Part shown: positions 19,306-29,558 of the stretch, piece after piece
Position numbering within the stretch: the first letter of the stretch is position 1
Layout of the letters: the number at the start of each line of letters is the position of its first letter
Assembly: GCA_046350415.1 (NCBI GenBank)
Contig: JAXMAL010000001.1
Coordinates: 1,476,782 to 1,540,781 of the forward strand
DNA: 64,000 nt
Source of the DNA: Phycisphaerales bacterium
GTDB taxonomy: Bacteria; Planctomycetota; Phycisphaerae; Phycisphaerales; UBA1924
Reading direction: 5' to 3'
The notes under the pieces: model-generated
What the model was told of the DNA's origin: nothing
Seen by the model: the letters and a program-made list of their open reading frames with translations, nothing else
Databases searched by the model: none
Made by a program: the position numbers and the translations under genes

Positions 19306-20253
19306 TCATCGCACATCGGCGTAGGCAAGGTCGCGCTGGAGACGCCGGCCTACTTCGCTGTGGTAGCGCACGCCGAGCTGATCGCGGTGCTGCGTGGCCC
19401 AATCGGTGAGGCGGATCGCGCCGGGGACGGGCGATGGGGAATCGAGCAGGCCGCGCATCAGGCCGGAGATCTCTTCGCGCGTGAGGAGGACGTCGCGGAG
19501 GAAGGGGCTGAGCGTGCGTGCGACGGCGTATCCGAGCGCGGGGGGTACGCGGACGATGCGCGGGCGGAGCGAGAGGATCGACGCGAGCGTTTCTACAAGT
19601 TGGCGATAGGTGAATGACTCGGGGCCGGCGGCGTCGGCGGATGTGTCGCCATCGCGGAAGGCGTGTTCGATCATGAGGGCCGCCATGTCGTCGACGTGGA
19701 GCGGGCGGAGGCGGTATGAGCCATCGCTGAAGACGCCGAAGATCGGGAGACGGCGCAGGGCCCACGCGATGTTGTTGACGAGGATGTCGGAGCGACCGAA
19801 GAGCACGCCGGGGCGGATGATGGCGTGCGGCACGCCGAGAGCGCGGAGCGAGTCTTCGAGCTCGTGCTTGCCGCGGTAATAGGCGAGATCGTCGGCCTGA
19901 TCGGCGTGGAGGATGCTGACGTGGACGATCCGCGCAACACCGGCGTTGCGCGCGGCGCTGAAGAGTGAATTGGTGTGGCGCACCGCCTCGTCGAAGTTGA
20001 AGCGCTTGTGGTTGAAGCGGACCCAATAGGTGTTGTAGAGAACGTGCACGCCGTGGAGGGCATGTTCGAGCGAGCGTGGATCGTCGAAGGCGAGGGGGCG
20101 GATGTCGAGGGATGCGCCGAAGGGATTGGGACGGCGCGGGGAGTTGGTGAGCGTACGGACGCGCAGGCCGCGGGCGAGGAGCTGCTCGGTGATGGAGCGG
20201 CCGGTGTATCCGAGGGCGCCGGTGACGGCGTGGATGGGCGTATCCATGACCAC
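19306..20253 (-). CDS. NAD(P)-binding NmrA/SDR-family (atypical epimerase/dehydratase-like) protein
   Basis: N-terminal Rossmann motif VTGALGYTGRSI, followed by ARIVHVS, YYRGKHELE and the full-length pattern of NDUFA9/NmrA-like proteins. Start is GTG 20253 or ATG 20247. Confidence 0.78.
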   Translation of the reverse strand: MVMDTPIHAVTGALGYTGRSITEQLLARGLRVRTLTNSPRRPNPFGASLDIRPLAFDDPRSLEHALHGVHVLYNTYWVRFNHKRFNFDEAVRHTNSLFSAARNAGVARIVHVSILHADQADDLAYYRGKHELEDSLRALGVPHAIIRPGVLFGRSDILVNNIAWALRRLPIFGVFSDGSYRLRPLHVDDMAALMIEHAFRDGDTSADAAGPESFTYRQLVETLASILSLRPRIVRVPPALGYAVARTLSPFLRDVLLTREEISGLMRGLLDSPSPVPGAIRLTDWATQHRDQLGVRYHSEVGRRLQRDLAYADVR

Positions 20254-20375
20254 CTCCTCGGAGGAATATAGGTCTTACTTCTAGGGTTTTCAACTCTTTC
20301 TGAAAGTTTCGCGTTTTGTGATTGCCAAGGCTCCGCTTACCGTGCCACACGCCGGGGCAAGCGCAGCGGGCGGGA

Positions 20376-21383
20376 TCAGGTGGTTTCGAGGCATTCCTTC
20401 CGCGCGGCGCGGAACGGGCCCTTGTGCTTGGCGAACATGCCGCGGGCGGGACGCCAGGGCATGAAGTTTGGCACCTCACCGATCGCTTCAAGGTGGGCAC
20501 GGGCTCGATCGATCTGGGCAGCGCTCCACAGGGTGAACGCGAGCCAGTGCCTGTTTCGCAGGGAGTTCATCGAGTCGGGCGGGCATGCGCCGCACGCGTC
20601 GTCGGCCTCAATGAGATCGCGCGTCACGTCGTCGTGCTCCCAGTAGCGGCGGTGCTCGCTGGAGCCGGCTTCCAGGTGCTCGGTCGCGTAGAAGTGGGCC
20701 TCGACGGGGAGGATCTCGATCCCCGCGCCGCGTGGCGCTGATCGCGCGTGCTCGCGGGCGAAGTCGAGCGACCGCTCGCGCGAGCCCCCCCACTTCTCCG
20801 TCCGCGAGATGAGCATGGACGAGTACAGAGCGCGAAGGGCGGGCCCTCGCTTCAGAGCGAGGTCGAAGGTCTGCTCGACGAGCTCCCTTTCGCCGAGGCT
20901 GCGGGCGGCCCAGATCAGCCACGGGAACATGGTCGCGTCGGTGCGATCATCCTTCATCGCGGCGGTGAGGAGCCGGGCGGCGTGGGTAAGGCGGTTGACG
21001 AATTCGCGGGCCTGAGCGGGCGTGGCCGATTCGATCCGGCCGCCGCAAGAGGACCAGGCGGACTTGACGCCGTGGATGCCGCTGCAAAGCACGGCGGGGG
21101 CGCTGGCGCGGGCCGTCGCCCACTTTTCGATCCCAGCAAAGTCGTGGGGCCAATCGGCGATCGCTTCGAACGCATAGAAGCGCTCGTTGGGGTCGCCGGC
21201 TGATTCGAGGAAGAGCTCGACGGCGTCGTAGTCTCCGCGGGTGAGGGCTCGCCTTGCTACGGCGGCGCCCGGGCTGTCGACATTGCAATCGACAAGGAAG
21301 TCCGTTCCCTTCGTGCGTTCGGAGTAGTTCACGGCTGGCTCCGCGAGAGGATGTGCGGAGCTTACCGAAGCGCGCGAGGCCAT
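20376..21383 (-). CDS. Hypothetical helical protein (DUF4034-like, tentative)
   Basis: Only the part of track ORF 20376-21671 starting at ATG 21383 (MASRASVSS...) avoids overlap with the upstream gene. The sequence is helical and W-rich. The family name is from memory only. Confidence 0.5.
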   Translation of the reverse strand: MASRASVSSAHPLAEPAVNYSERTKGTDFLVDCNVDSPGAAVARRALTRGDYDAVELFLESAGDPNERFYAFEAIADWPHDFAGIEKWATARASAPAVLCSGIHGVKSAWSSCGGRIESATPAQAREFVNRLTHAARLLTAAMKDDRTDATMFPWLIWAARSLGERELVEQTFDLALKRGPALRALYSSMLISRTEKWGGSRERSLDFAREHARSAPRGAGIEILPVEAHFYATEHLEAGSSEHRRYWEHDDVTRDLIEADDACGACPPDSMNSLRNRHWLAFTLWSAAQIDRARAHLEAIGEVPNFMPWRPARGMFAKHKGPFRAARKECLETT

Positions 21384-21399
21384 GCAGGCGAGTGAGGAC

Positions 21400-22272
21400 T
21401 CATGAGGGATTGACGCGACGCTTTTGAAGCCAGGCAACGAGGCCGATGAGGGCGCCCAGCGCGGCGCCGACGATCGCGACCTTGAGCGCAAGGCTGGACG
21501 AAGGCGCGGAGGGCGGCGTTTGGGGCGGGGCCGAGCCTTCGCCGGCGAAGACGAACTCGGCGCCCTGGTCGAAGCGGAGGGAATCGGCGATCGCGCGGAG
21601 CTCGGGGAGTGCGGCGTCGAAGTCGGCGGCGGGCGCGTAGGCGTGGACGATGAGATGTGCGTCATGGGCAAAGGCGCTGACGCTGAGATAGCCGAGCGAT
21701 GTGCCGCCGGCCTGCATCTGGCTGGAAACGATGAGACGATGACGGACGGGATCAGAGTCGAAGGTGGGCGGCTTGGCGCTCATGCCGAGTTTCTCGAAGA
21801 TCGCTTGGGATTGGGCTTCGAGTTGAGCTCGATTGAGGCGTTCGAGTTCGGCGAAGGTCAGGCCGGCGGGGAGTGCGCCTTGTCGCTGGATGAGGACGTA
21901 GCGGCCGTTCGGGATCTCGGGGAGGAGTTGAACGACGTAGACGGGCGGCTGGCCACCGGCGCGGGCGACCATGGACTGGGCGACGTCGTTAACGGCTTTG
22001 AGCGCGGCGGGCGGCGCGACGACCCAGCCCCTCAGGATTGTGATGGTCCAGTTGGCGCCGTCAAGCCTGTATTCGGTTTGCGCGGAGGCAGCCGGAGCCA
22101 GCAACGAACAGAGGTGCGTGATCGCCAGCAGAAGAAGTGAAGCTGCATACGGCGGGCGGGCGGGCTGCGATGAGACTCTCGATCGTGGCGACGAGGTTCT
22201 TCGTATCGTGCTGCGTCCTGCGAGTGCACTCCGAGGCAATGGACTCCGCGAGGCGTGGGCGGTGGCGGTCAT
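21400..22272 (-). CDS. Hypothetical exported protein with a C-terminal TM anchor
   Basis: Chosen start is ATG 22272 (MTATAHAS...). Features: a signal-like segment LLLLAITHLCSLLAPAASA, a C-terminal helix LKVAIVGAALGALIGLVAWL and a basic tail. Confidence 0.5.
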   Translation of the reverse strand: MTATAHASRSPLPRSALAGRSTIRRTSSPRSRVSSQPARPPYAASLLLLAITHLCSLLAPAASAQTEYRLDGANWTITILRGWVVAPPAALKAVNDVAQSMVARAGGQPPVYVVQLLPEIPNGRYVLIQRQGALPAGLTFAELERLNRAQLEAQSQAIFEKLGMSAKPPTFDSDPVRHRLIVSSQMQAGGTSLGYLSVSAFAHDAHLIVHAYAPAADFDAALPELRAIADSLRFDQGAEFVFAGEGSAPPQTPPSAPSSSLALKVAIVGAALGALIGLVAWLQKRRVNPS

Positions 22273-22316
22273 GGGTTCATGGTACCGCGCGGCGCGAAGC
22301 CTGTAGACTGCGCGGG

Positions 22317-23135
22317 ATGTCGATCGAGATTCCAGGGCCGCGGGAGCTGGCGGAGCACTGTGATCGGGCGGCGCGGATGACCAACCGCGTGCGGCCAGAG
22401 GCGGTGGCGGATGTGCCGCGGGGCTGGGCACGGGTTCGAGCGGGCGGCGAGAGCGACGAGTTTGCGTCGACCGGATTCAATCGTGTTCATTGGTTCACGC
22501 TTGAATCGGCGATCACGGATGATGAACTACGCGAGACCATCGACGTGCTGCGCTCGCGCGGGGTCAGGCGGGCGTTCTTCTGGATGAACGCGGCAGGATG
22601 CGAGGGGAGCGGGTTGAGCGCGCTGGACAGAATCGGCGCGGCGCCTGTGCCCTATGTGAGGTATGTGGTGCTTGCGCGGCGAGCGGGCGTGTGTGCCGCG
22701 CCGCGGGTGACAACGCTGGTGGTGCGCGGCGTGTCAGCCCGGGAGCTGCCGAGCGTGCTTGGCGCGATGGAAGAGCGGTTCAGCCCCGAGAGCGCGCAGG
22801 CGGCGTGCAGATTGGTCGAGTCCGGAATCGCGGAGGCCTTTGCGGCGTTCGACGGTGACGTGCCGACGGCGTTCGCGGCCCTGATTCCCGATCGCGAGGG
22901 AGACGGCTTTGGGCACCTGGGCTGGGCGGGAACCGTGTCCGGCTCTCGCGGACGCGGCGGGCAATCGGCGCTGATCGCGGCGCGCGTGTCGCGTGCCGCG
23001 GAGCTGGGCCTGCGTTGGTGTGTCAGCGAAACGAACACCGCGATTCCGACATCGCTCAACAACCTGATCAGGCTGGGGTTCGTGGCAACTCTGGAGTGGA
23101 TGGTGTTCCGCTGGGATGATCGCGCGGGCGCGTAA
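22317..23135 (+). CDS. GNAT-family N-acetyltransferase
   Basis: ATG 22317 (MSIEIPG...). The acetyl-CoA pocket motif GSRGRGGQSALIAARV (R/Q-x-x-G-x-G/A) lies in the C-terminal half. Confidence 0.65.
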   Translation: MSIEIPGPRELAEHCDRAARMTNRVRPEAVADVPRGWARVRAGGESDEFASTGFNRVHWFTLESAITDDELRETIDVLRSRGVRRAFFWMNAAGCEGSGLSALDRIGAAPVPYVRYVVLARRAGVCAAPRVTTLVVRGVSARELPSVLGAMEERFSPESAQAACRLVESGIAEAFAAFDGDVPTAFAALIPDREGDGFGHLGWAGTVSGSRGRGGQSALIAARVSRAAELGLRWCVSETNTAIPTSLNNLIRLGFVATLEWMVFRWDDRAGA

Positions 23136-23166
23136 TCGCCCCGACATGCATGCAACCCAATGTCGC

Positions 23167-23871
23167 TCAGTCGATCGAGATTCGCGGCACCTTTTCAACG
23201 AGCGTGTCGGACCACCAGCCGTCGACGACCCACGGGCCCTGGCCGAGCTTGGCGCGCACCTCGCTGGCTTCCTTGGCGTCGATGACATACACGCCGCCGG
23301 GGCTGGCGCTTCCGGCGAATCGGCCCCACCAGATGATCGAACGATCGAGCGAAGCGGCGGCGAGGGCGGCCTCGGCCTTGGCGGAGTCGCGGGCCGTCAC
23401 GATGACGTAGGCACGGATGGGCGGCGGCTGGGTTGGATCGCGCGGTGAGGTCGAGCGTTTGGCGTCTTCGGCCTTGAAGATGTCGTAGAACTCGCGGAGG
23501 CGCGCGGTGGCGCGGAGCGGGATGCACTCGGCGACGAACTCGCCCGCGACCACGCCGGGATCGGTCGCGACGAGCTTGCGGGCTTCGTCGACGCTGGGCG
23601 TGTCGAAGATAAACAGGCCGCGCCAGGTCGGGTCCGCGGGGTCGGCGTATGGCCCGGCGATGATGAGCTTGCGCTCCTCGGCGAGGCGCTTCATGTTGGC
23701 CATGTGCCCCTTGAAGATCTCCTGCTTCTGCTCGCGCGTGTTGGTGGCGCTGGCGGGGCCGCTCTTGAGGTAGGTGAAGACGTAGCTCGCGTCGGCGTTG
23801 CCGCGGGTCGCGCACGCGGCGAAGAGGACGAGCGTGGACGCGAGGATCGTGACGAGGGTGAGTCTGATCAT
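23167..23871 (-). CDS. YciI-like domain lipoprotein
   Basis: Leader MIRLTLVTILASTLVLFAAC. The pattern HMANMKRLAEERKLIIAGPYAD...FIFDTPSVDEARKLVATDPGV matches the YciI-family core. Confidence 0.6.
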   Translation of the reverse strand: MIRLTLVTILASTLVLFAACATRGNADASYVFTYLKSGPASATNTREQKQEIFKGHMANMKRLAEERKLIIAGPYADPADPTWRGLFIFDTPSVDEARKLVATDPGVVAGEFVAECIPLRATARLREFYDIFKAEDAKRSTSPRDPTQPPPIRAYVIVTARDSAKAEAALAAASLDRSIIWWGRFAGSASPGGVYVIDAKEASEVRAKLGQGPWVVDGWWSDTLVEKVPRISID

Positions 23872-24070
23872 GGGATTCTCGGAAAGGCCTCTGGCGGTTC
23901 TTGGTGTGCATCAGGGCGGACGTTGGTGGCTTGGGGATGGTTCGGGCAGGACGCCGGCGCCGCGGAGGAAACTGGACGCGAGTGTCGCAAGCTCGGCGGA
24001 AGTCTGGCGAACGAGTAAAATCAATCGACGCATGATTCCCGGTCCCAGAACCGCGGGAACGCGGCGGGCA

Positions 24071-24565
24071 TCAGACGCCGGTGCCGAACGCGATCGGATC
24101 GAGGCGAGGGAGGGGCTCGACGCCGAGGCGCTTGAGCATGTTGAGGCACTGGGCGCGGTGGTGCGTGCCGTGGTCGAAGAGCTGGGCGAGCGCGACGGGG
24201 ACGGGGAGTTTTCCGGCGGGCGCGCTCCGCCAAGCGACCGAGCCTCGTTCGGCGTGGCGGAGAACGAGAGATTCGACGGCGTCGTCGAGGGCTCGCCCGG
24301 ATTCGTCGAGGAGGCTGAGCAGGCCGTCGACGCTGGAGGCTCGTGCGGCGAAGTCAGAACGGCGCTCGTAGGCCTTGCCGGCAAAGCAATCAGCGAAGGA
24401 GGTCATGGCCTCGACCATGTGCGAGAGCGTGGCGGCGAGCGAGCCGGGGCCTATGTCGAAACGCTGCTCCCACTGCTCACGCGAGAGCGGGCGGCAGGCT
24501 TCGAGCAGGCGGCGTGTCGCCCAAACGTTGTGCTCGAGCTGGGTTGAAACGATCGCGTCGATCAC
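24071..24565 (-). CDS. DinB-family metal-dependent protein
   Basis: The sequence NVWATRRLLEAC...ATLSHMVEA...LFDHGTHHRAQ carries the DinB His triad. GTG start with GGAGGG 8 nt upstream. Confidence 0.78.
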   Translation of the reverse strand: MIDAIVSTQLEHNVWATRRLLEACRPLSREQWEQRFDIGPGSLAATLSHMVEAMTSFADCFAGKAYERRSDFAARASSVDGLLSLLDESGRALDDAVESLVLRHAERGSVAWRSAPAGKLPVPVALAQLFDHGTHHRAQCLNMLKRLGVEPLPRLDPIAFGTGV

Positions 24566-24743
24566 CGGAGAGCCCTCCGCTTAGGAATATAGCCGATGGT
24601 TTCGCGTGTGAGAACTCTGCGTATTCAGCATCCTTTGACAGGCGAAGGCGGTAGTCTTGATATCCGGGTCCTTTGATCTCGTTTGAAGGTGGTCGTGGCG
24701 CGTCACGGACGATCAATTCGACGCCAGGGCCGGGGAGAGGCGC

Positions 24744-26138
24744 ATGTTGATGGCTCAATCATCGACGACGAAACTGACGCGGGGAATGAACTTGCGGGCG
24801 ATCGCTGTGACGGCGGCGTTCCTTGGCGGGTTGGGGGCGATCGGCGCGCAGACGCGTGCGGAACCGCCACGCGTCGTCTGGGCGGCGCCCGATCTGGCGG
24901 ATGTCGGCGTTGATCCGGCGCTCACCGAGATCCGCGTGAAGTTTGACCAGGACATGAGCCCGCTCGGGCGCTCGATCTGCGGCGGCGGGACGAGCATGCC
25001 GACGCTCTCCGGCAAGCCGCACTGGATAGACGCGCGCACGCTGGCGATCCCGGTATCGCTCAAGCCGTCCATGCTGTACAGCTTCAGTATCAACTGCCCG
25101 GCGGCGAGGAATTTCCGGAGTGCGGCGGGCGAATCGGCGGTGCCGTATCCGATCGCGTTCAGGACGCGTGCCGAGGGCGAGGCCGCTCCGAAGGCGCTGA
25201 CGCCCGAGGAGACGAGGCCCAAGATCGAGGCACTGCGGCTCGCGGTGACGGAGCGTTACTCGCACGTGGACAAGCTTCCGGCGGACTTTGAGAAGCAGCT
25301 CGCGAACGCAACGCCGACGCTGGAGGCCGCCACGACTCCGGCGATGTTCGCGAGGCGTGTGCGCGACCTGCTGCGTCCCACGCGCGACGGGCATCTGTGG
25401 ATTCGAGTGAACGACATCACGCTCGGCGTGCGCGAGGGCTCGGCGATCCCGAATGCCGATCCGAAACGGCTCGCGAAGATTCTCAAGAACGCGGGCGAGT
25501 TTGAGGGCGTGACGACGGCGAAGCTCGCGGACGGGATCGCCTACATCGCGTTCGACGATTGGGCGCGCCGGAACGGCGATTGGCTGGCGCCGGCGTTTGA
25601 GTTTCTGGACGGGCTCGACGCCGCGACGCCGCTGGTCGTGGACGTGCGCCTCAACGGCGGGGGCGACGAGGGGCTCGCCAGGAGCGTGGCGGCGAGGTTC
25701 GTTGAAGAGCAATTCGTCTATGCCAAGAGCCTCATCCGCAACCCCGAGGCGAAGGACGGCTATGACGGACCTTTCGAGCGTGTGGTCGAGCCCGCGGGCA
25801 AGCGCCACACCGGCCCGGTCGCGGTCCTGATCGGGCAGGTCTGTGTCAGTTCAAACGAATCGTTCATCCTGATGATGCAGAAGGCCGGGCTGCGGGAGAC
25901 GTTCGGCGAGACGACGGGCGGGAGTTCCGGAAACCCCAAGCCGCACGAGCTTGGGCATGGCGTGACGCTGTTCCTTCCTTCGTGGCGTGATCTGACGCGC
26001 GACGGCCGGGAGATCGAGGACCACGGCATCGAGCCCGATCACGCGGTCGCGTGGCCCGGCGCTGAGCAGTCCGGGGACCCGGTGCTCGACGCGGCGATCG
26101 CGTGGCTGAAGGGAAAGGCGTCGGGCGCGTCGCACTGA
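24744..26138 (+). CDS. S41-family (tail-specific-protease-like) peptidase with an N-terminal Ig-like domain
   Basis: Signal-like N-terminus. VVDVRLNGGGDEGLA and VAVLIGQVCVSSNESF resemble the S41 GG and catalytic Ser blocks. The start could be ATG 24786. Confidence 0.65.
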   Translation: MLMAQSSTTKLTRGMNLRAIAVTAAFLGGLGAIGAQTRAEPPRVVWAAPDLADVGVDPALTEIRVKFDQDMSPLGRSICGGGTSMPTLSGKPHWIDARTLAIPVSLKPSMLYSFSINCPAARNFRSAAGESAVPYPIAFRTRAEGEAAPKALTPEETRPKIEALRLAVTERYSHVDKLPADFEKQLANATPTLEAATTPAMFARRVRDLLRPTRDGHLWIRVNDITLGVREGSAIPNADPKRLAKILKNAGEFEGVTTAKLADGIAYIAFDDWARRNGDWLAPAFEFLDGLDAATPLVVDVRLNGGGDEGLARSVAARFVEEQFVYAKSLIRNPEAKDGYDGPFERVVEPAGKRHTGPVAVLIGQVCVSSNESFILMMQKAGLRETFGETTGGSSGNPKPHELGHGVTLFLPSWRDLTRDGREIEDHGIEPDHAVAWPGAEQSGDPVLDAAIAWLKGKASGASH

Positions 26139-26317
26139 TCGGACCTTGAAGAACGGCGCTTCCGACGCAACGTCCGCTAGTTGCGAGGGTCTGTGGCGCG
26201 CCTGCGTTCTCGCACGCACGGAGATTCGATCGCGCACAACGCCCATGGGTGTGCGGTTGCGTGCGGGGTCGTCGTCGCCGATCCACACTCGCCAGAGTCA
26301 CTTCACGGAGGCCGGGC

Positions 26318-27130
26318 ATGCTTGGTTTTCGGGCGTTGGTGGGCGGCATCGCCGGGGGCGTCATCGGCGTCATCCTGTGGACGAGCGTCACCTACTTCAC
26401 CGGGTACGAGATCGGTTGGGTCGCGTGGTTCGTCGGCGTGCTGACGGGCGCCGGCGTCAGCGCGTCGATCGAGCGGCGCGGCGGAGTCCTGACCGGGATG
26501 CTCGCCTGCCTCATCGCGATCGGCACGGTCGGCGCGGGCAAGGTCGCCATGGCGCGGATGGCAGCCAGCGAGGCCATCGCGAGCATCGGCGAGAGCTTCA
26601 CGGACGAAGACGCCGTCTTTCATATGACACGGAACGACCCTGAGGCCGAGCCCATGGACGAGGAGGGATACGACCGCGCGGCGTTTGATCGCGCGGCCGC
26701 ACGCTGGGAGGCGATGTCGGAGACGGAGCGCGACGCGTATCGCCTGCAGGCAGCGAACGAGGTCAGGCAGGAGATGGAGTCGAATTCCGAAGCGGTCACG
26801 GTCGTCGCGCTGTTTCAGAGCCTGAGTCCCTATGACATTCTGTGGATCATCCTGGCGGGCGCGAGCGCGTTCAAGCTTGCCTCGCGCAATGACCAGCCGC
26901 GGCACTCATCGATCATCGACGCGGCCGCCAACAAGGAGGGCGGGCTGCACCCGGCGTTCAAGGGCTCGAGCGAGGCGGAGAGCATGAATCCCGCGTCGTT
27001 CGGCGGGATCCGCGGGCTGCCGTCCGCGCCGCCATCGAGCGCACCGCGGTTTGCCCCGGGCGCTCAGGCCGCCCCGGGCGAGGTCGCCACGACGGACGAT
27101 CAGACGCCGGGCAGTGCGGACGCGGCGTAA
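26318..27130 (+). CDS. Hypothetical multi-pass membrane protein
   Basis: ATG 26318 (MLGFRALVGGIAGGVIGVILW...). It has three or more TM helices, an acidic loop and a final TM. No motif recognised. Confidence 0.5.
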   Translation: MLGFRALVGGIAGGVIGVILWTSVTYFTGYEIGWVAWFVGVLTGAGVSASIERRGGVLTGMLACLIAIGTVGAGKVAMARMAASEAIASIGESFTDEDAVFHMTRNDPEAEPMDEEGYDRAAFDRAAARWEAMSETERDAYRLQAANEVRQEMESNSEAVTVVALFQSLSPYDILWIILAGASAFKLASRNDQPRHSSIIDAAANKEGGLHPAFKGSSEAESMNPASFGGIRGLPSAPPSSAPRFAPGAQAAPGEVATTDDQTPGSADAA

Positions 27131-27229
27131 GGAACACAAACACACGCGGCGATCATGCCGCGGCACGAATCCGAGGGAGAGAGCGCACGGCATCGGGGCA
27201 ACCCGGTGCCGTGTGTCGTTTTGGAGAGA

Positions 27230-27736
27230 TCATGTACCGATTGCGGGAGACAGCGACTTGATCAGGCGATGAGCGTTGACAAGAACCATGACGATCATCG
27301 GAATCGAAAAGGGAACCGAGTCCTGCAACGGATTACCGCGGGGTGGCTGGAGAATGGAGTATCCCAGTGAGATCACAATCGCCGCCAACGCTACTGAAAG
27401 AACGAGCAGCGCCGTTCGGCGCAACATCCCGCGCCGGATAAGAGGGGCAAATACGATGGCGGTACTCGTCACGAGCGTCACGACCGAGAGCAATGCCGCT
27501 GTGACGCTGGGGTCTGCCTTGCCGATGATCAGTTTGGGCGCGCACTGCAACGCAAAGACACCGGCCGGACCGATCCCGTGGCCATAGAGGACCGGGTAGG
27601 CCAAAGAGAACACCAACGTCGCGATGGACGCCGCGAAATCCCCGCGTGTTGGGCAGTGCGAGCCCTCGCTTTTTCCGCATTGGGATGGTGTATCCGTCAT
27701 CACAAGGATCACTCTGTCGCTGCAGCAGGCCTGCAT
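27230..27736 (-). CDS. Hypothetical membrane protein, lower-GC gene
   Basis: 168-aa ORF with four hydrophobic helices. It is visibly less GC-rich than its flanks. No motif recognised. Confidence 0.45.
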   Translation of the reverse strand: MQACCSDRVILVMTDTPSQCGKSEGSHCPTRGDFAASIATLVFSLAYPVLYGHGIGPAGVFALQCAPKLIIGKADPSVTAALLSVVTLVTSTAIVFAPLIRRGMLRRTALLVLSVALAAIVISLGYSILQPPRGNPLQDSVPFSIPMIVMVLVNAHRLIKSLSPAIGT

Positions 27737-27744
27737 TCGCGCCG

Positions 27745-28596
27745 CTACTTCTTCTTGGCGTACAAGTGAACGGCCATGCTGCCGTAGACGTGCGTTTCGG
27801 GACCGAGCGTGCCGGGCACGGCGAGATCGACCTGGACGCGCGGCGCCTTGGACGCCTCGCTCTTGGGCTCGATGGTCTCCTCTTCGGCGTCGCCTTCGAT
27901 CGCCTCGATGGCTTCGTCATCCAGCTCGCCATCTTCGATCGACCAGACTTCGGTCCAGTCGTTGCCCGCGCGCTTGTCGCGATGGCGGGCGCGCGAGCCG
28001 CCCGACTCCGAACGCGACCCGGGGCGCGACGGCGTGCGTCTCGGCGCGCCCTTCTTGCCCTTGCGGCCGGCCGGCTCCGCGTCGGCTGGTTGCGCCTCGT
28101 CCTCGAGCTCATAGAACAACGGCCACGGCGTGCGCAGGAGCACGAACCCGTCGTCGCTCAATCGCTCGGCCAGCGCGCCGACCTGGGCCAGCACCCGCGC
28201 CACGCCGAGCTTCTCGTGCATGATGACGTAGGGCGGGTCGAGGAACGCGATCGTGACCGGGCGGGGGCAGCGGGCCAGCGCGCCGATACCCAGCGCGTCC
28301 CCCACCACCACCTCGGTGCGATCGGAGACGCCCAACTCATCGATGTTGCGTTCGAGCACCTTGGCCATGCGCCGATCCTGCTCAACGAAGACGCACGACG
28401 CGGCGCCGCGCGAGAGCGCCTCGAGACCGATCGAGCCCGTGCCGGCAAAGGCGTCGAAGAACACGCCCCCCGGCGTGTGCCCGCGGAGGATCGAGAAGAT
28501 CGACTCCTTCACCCGATCGGGGATCGGGCGCGTCTGCACGTCCTCCGGCGGAGAATGGAGCTTTCGAGAACGGAACTCTCCCGCGATGATGCGCAT
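27745..28596 (-). CDS. rsmD: 16S rRNA (guanine966-N2)-methyltransferase RsmD with a charged C-terminal tail
   Basis: ATG 28596: MRIIAGEFRSRKLHSPPEDVQTRPIPDRVKESIFSIL...FDAFAGTGSIGLEALSRGA...FLDPPY carries the RsmD signature and SAM motifs. Confidence 0.85.
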   Translation of the reverse strand: MRIIAGEFRSRKLHSPPEDVQTRPIPDRVKESIFSILRGHTPGGVFFDAFAGTGSIGLEALSRGAASCVFVEQDRRMAKVLERNIDELGVSDRTEVVVGDALGIGALARCPRPVTIAFLDPPYVIMHEKLGVARVLAQVGALAERLSDDGFVLLRTPWPLFYELEDEAQPADAEPAGRKGKKGAPRRTPSRPGSRSESGGSRARHRDKRAGNDWTEVWSIEDGELDDEAIEAIEGDAEEETIEPKSEASKAPRVQVDLAVPGTLGPETHVYGSMAVHLYAKKK

Positions 28597-28694
28597 TGAA
28601 GATGATAGAACGAGCACGCGGGGCGAGCGTTTGACACTGGCTTTGTCCTTCGGGGCGGCCGGGATTGCGGGCCGCGTGGTAGCATGTTCTCGCC

Positions 28695-29375
28695 ATGGCC
28701 AAGCGATCACCACAAGAGAAAACCGGGGCGGGCGAGGGAAAGATGGCACCGCGAACGCGCCGGCGCCAGAGCAAGACAGCGACGCGAGATTGTGGCGCCG
28801 CCATCGGTTTCAGTGCCTTGCTGCATCGGCCCGTGGCGAAGGGAAAAGCGGTCGCGTGGACGTTCCTGGTTTTGCCCGCGGAGGTGAGCCGGAAGCTGCC
28901 CTCGCGCGGCATGGTGTCGGTCGGGGGCACGCTGGGCGGCGCACCGTTCCAAGCAATGTTGCAGCCGGACGGCAAGGGCGGGCACTGGCTGAAGGTCGAT
29001 CGCAAGCTCCGAGAGGCGGCGGGCGCGAAAGTGGGCGACACGGTCTCACTGGAGTTCGTGCCGACAGCGGAGGAGCCCGAGCCCAAGGTGCCGCCCGACC
29101 TGCGTCGGGCGCTGGCGGGCGCGCCGGCGGGGAAGGCGGGCTCACGCGGGGCCCGCGACGTGTGGTCGGACATCACGCCCGCGGCCCGGCGAGATTGGGT
29201 TCACTGGATCGAGTCGGCGAAGCAGTCGGAGACGCGCGAGCGGCGTGTGGCCGCGGCGATCGACATGCTCACCAAAGGCAAGCGACGCCCGTGCTGCTTC
29301 GATCGCTCGGGGATGTACAGCAAGAGCCTGGGATGTCCAGAGTCCTCCGAACATCCGGGGAGCGCGAAGGGCTGA
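28695..29375 (+). CDS. DUF1905 + YdeI/OmpD-associated family protein
   Basis: HWLKVDRKLREAAGAKVGDTVSLEF is DUF1905-like. ITPAARRDWVHWIESAKQSETRERRVAAAIDMLTKGKRRPCCF is the YdeI C-terminal signature. Confidence 0.7.
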   Translation: MAKRSPQEKTGAGEGKMAPRTRRRQSKTATRDCGAAIGFSALLHRPVAKGKAVAWTFLVLPAEVSRKLPSRGMVSVGGTLGGAPFQAMLQPDGKGGHWLKVDRKLREAAGAKVGDTVSLEFVPTAEEPEPKVPPDLRRALAGAPAGKAGSRGARDVWSDITPAARRDWVHWIESAKQSETRERRVAAAIDMLTKGKRRPCCFDRSGMYSKSLGCPESSEHPGSAKG

Positions 29376-29558
29376 CTGGTTGAGAGCCTCCCGGCCGCTC
29401 TTGTAACTCGGCACAGAAGAACCACATCGTCGTCCGGCCCAAGGATTGCGGAGACTGTGCGCCTCGGCCAGTTGCGGCGTGGAGATCAGAGTCTTGCGTC
29501 TTGTGGCTCTCGCCGGCCGGGGGCAATCCGGGCGACTCGCCGCTCGAAGTGGCCATTG

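Noticed and set aside
20262-20271. 10-mer AGGAATATAG shared with 24583-24592, in both cases just upstream of the SD of a minus-strand gene (NmrA-like, DinB); a possible common -10-like promoter box CTATATTCCT
   Set aside because: Only two copies were noticed. Chance sharing of some 10-mer within 64 kb is expected many times over, and I did not see the motif at the few other gene starts I checked. Not enough support for a motif call.
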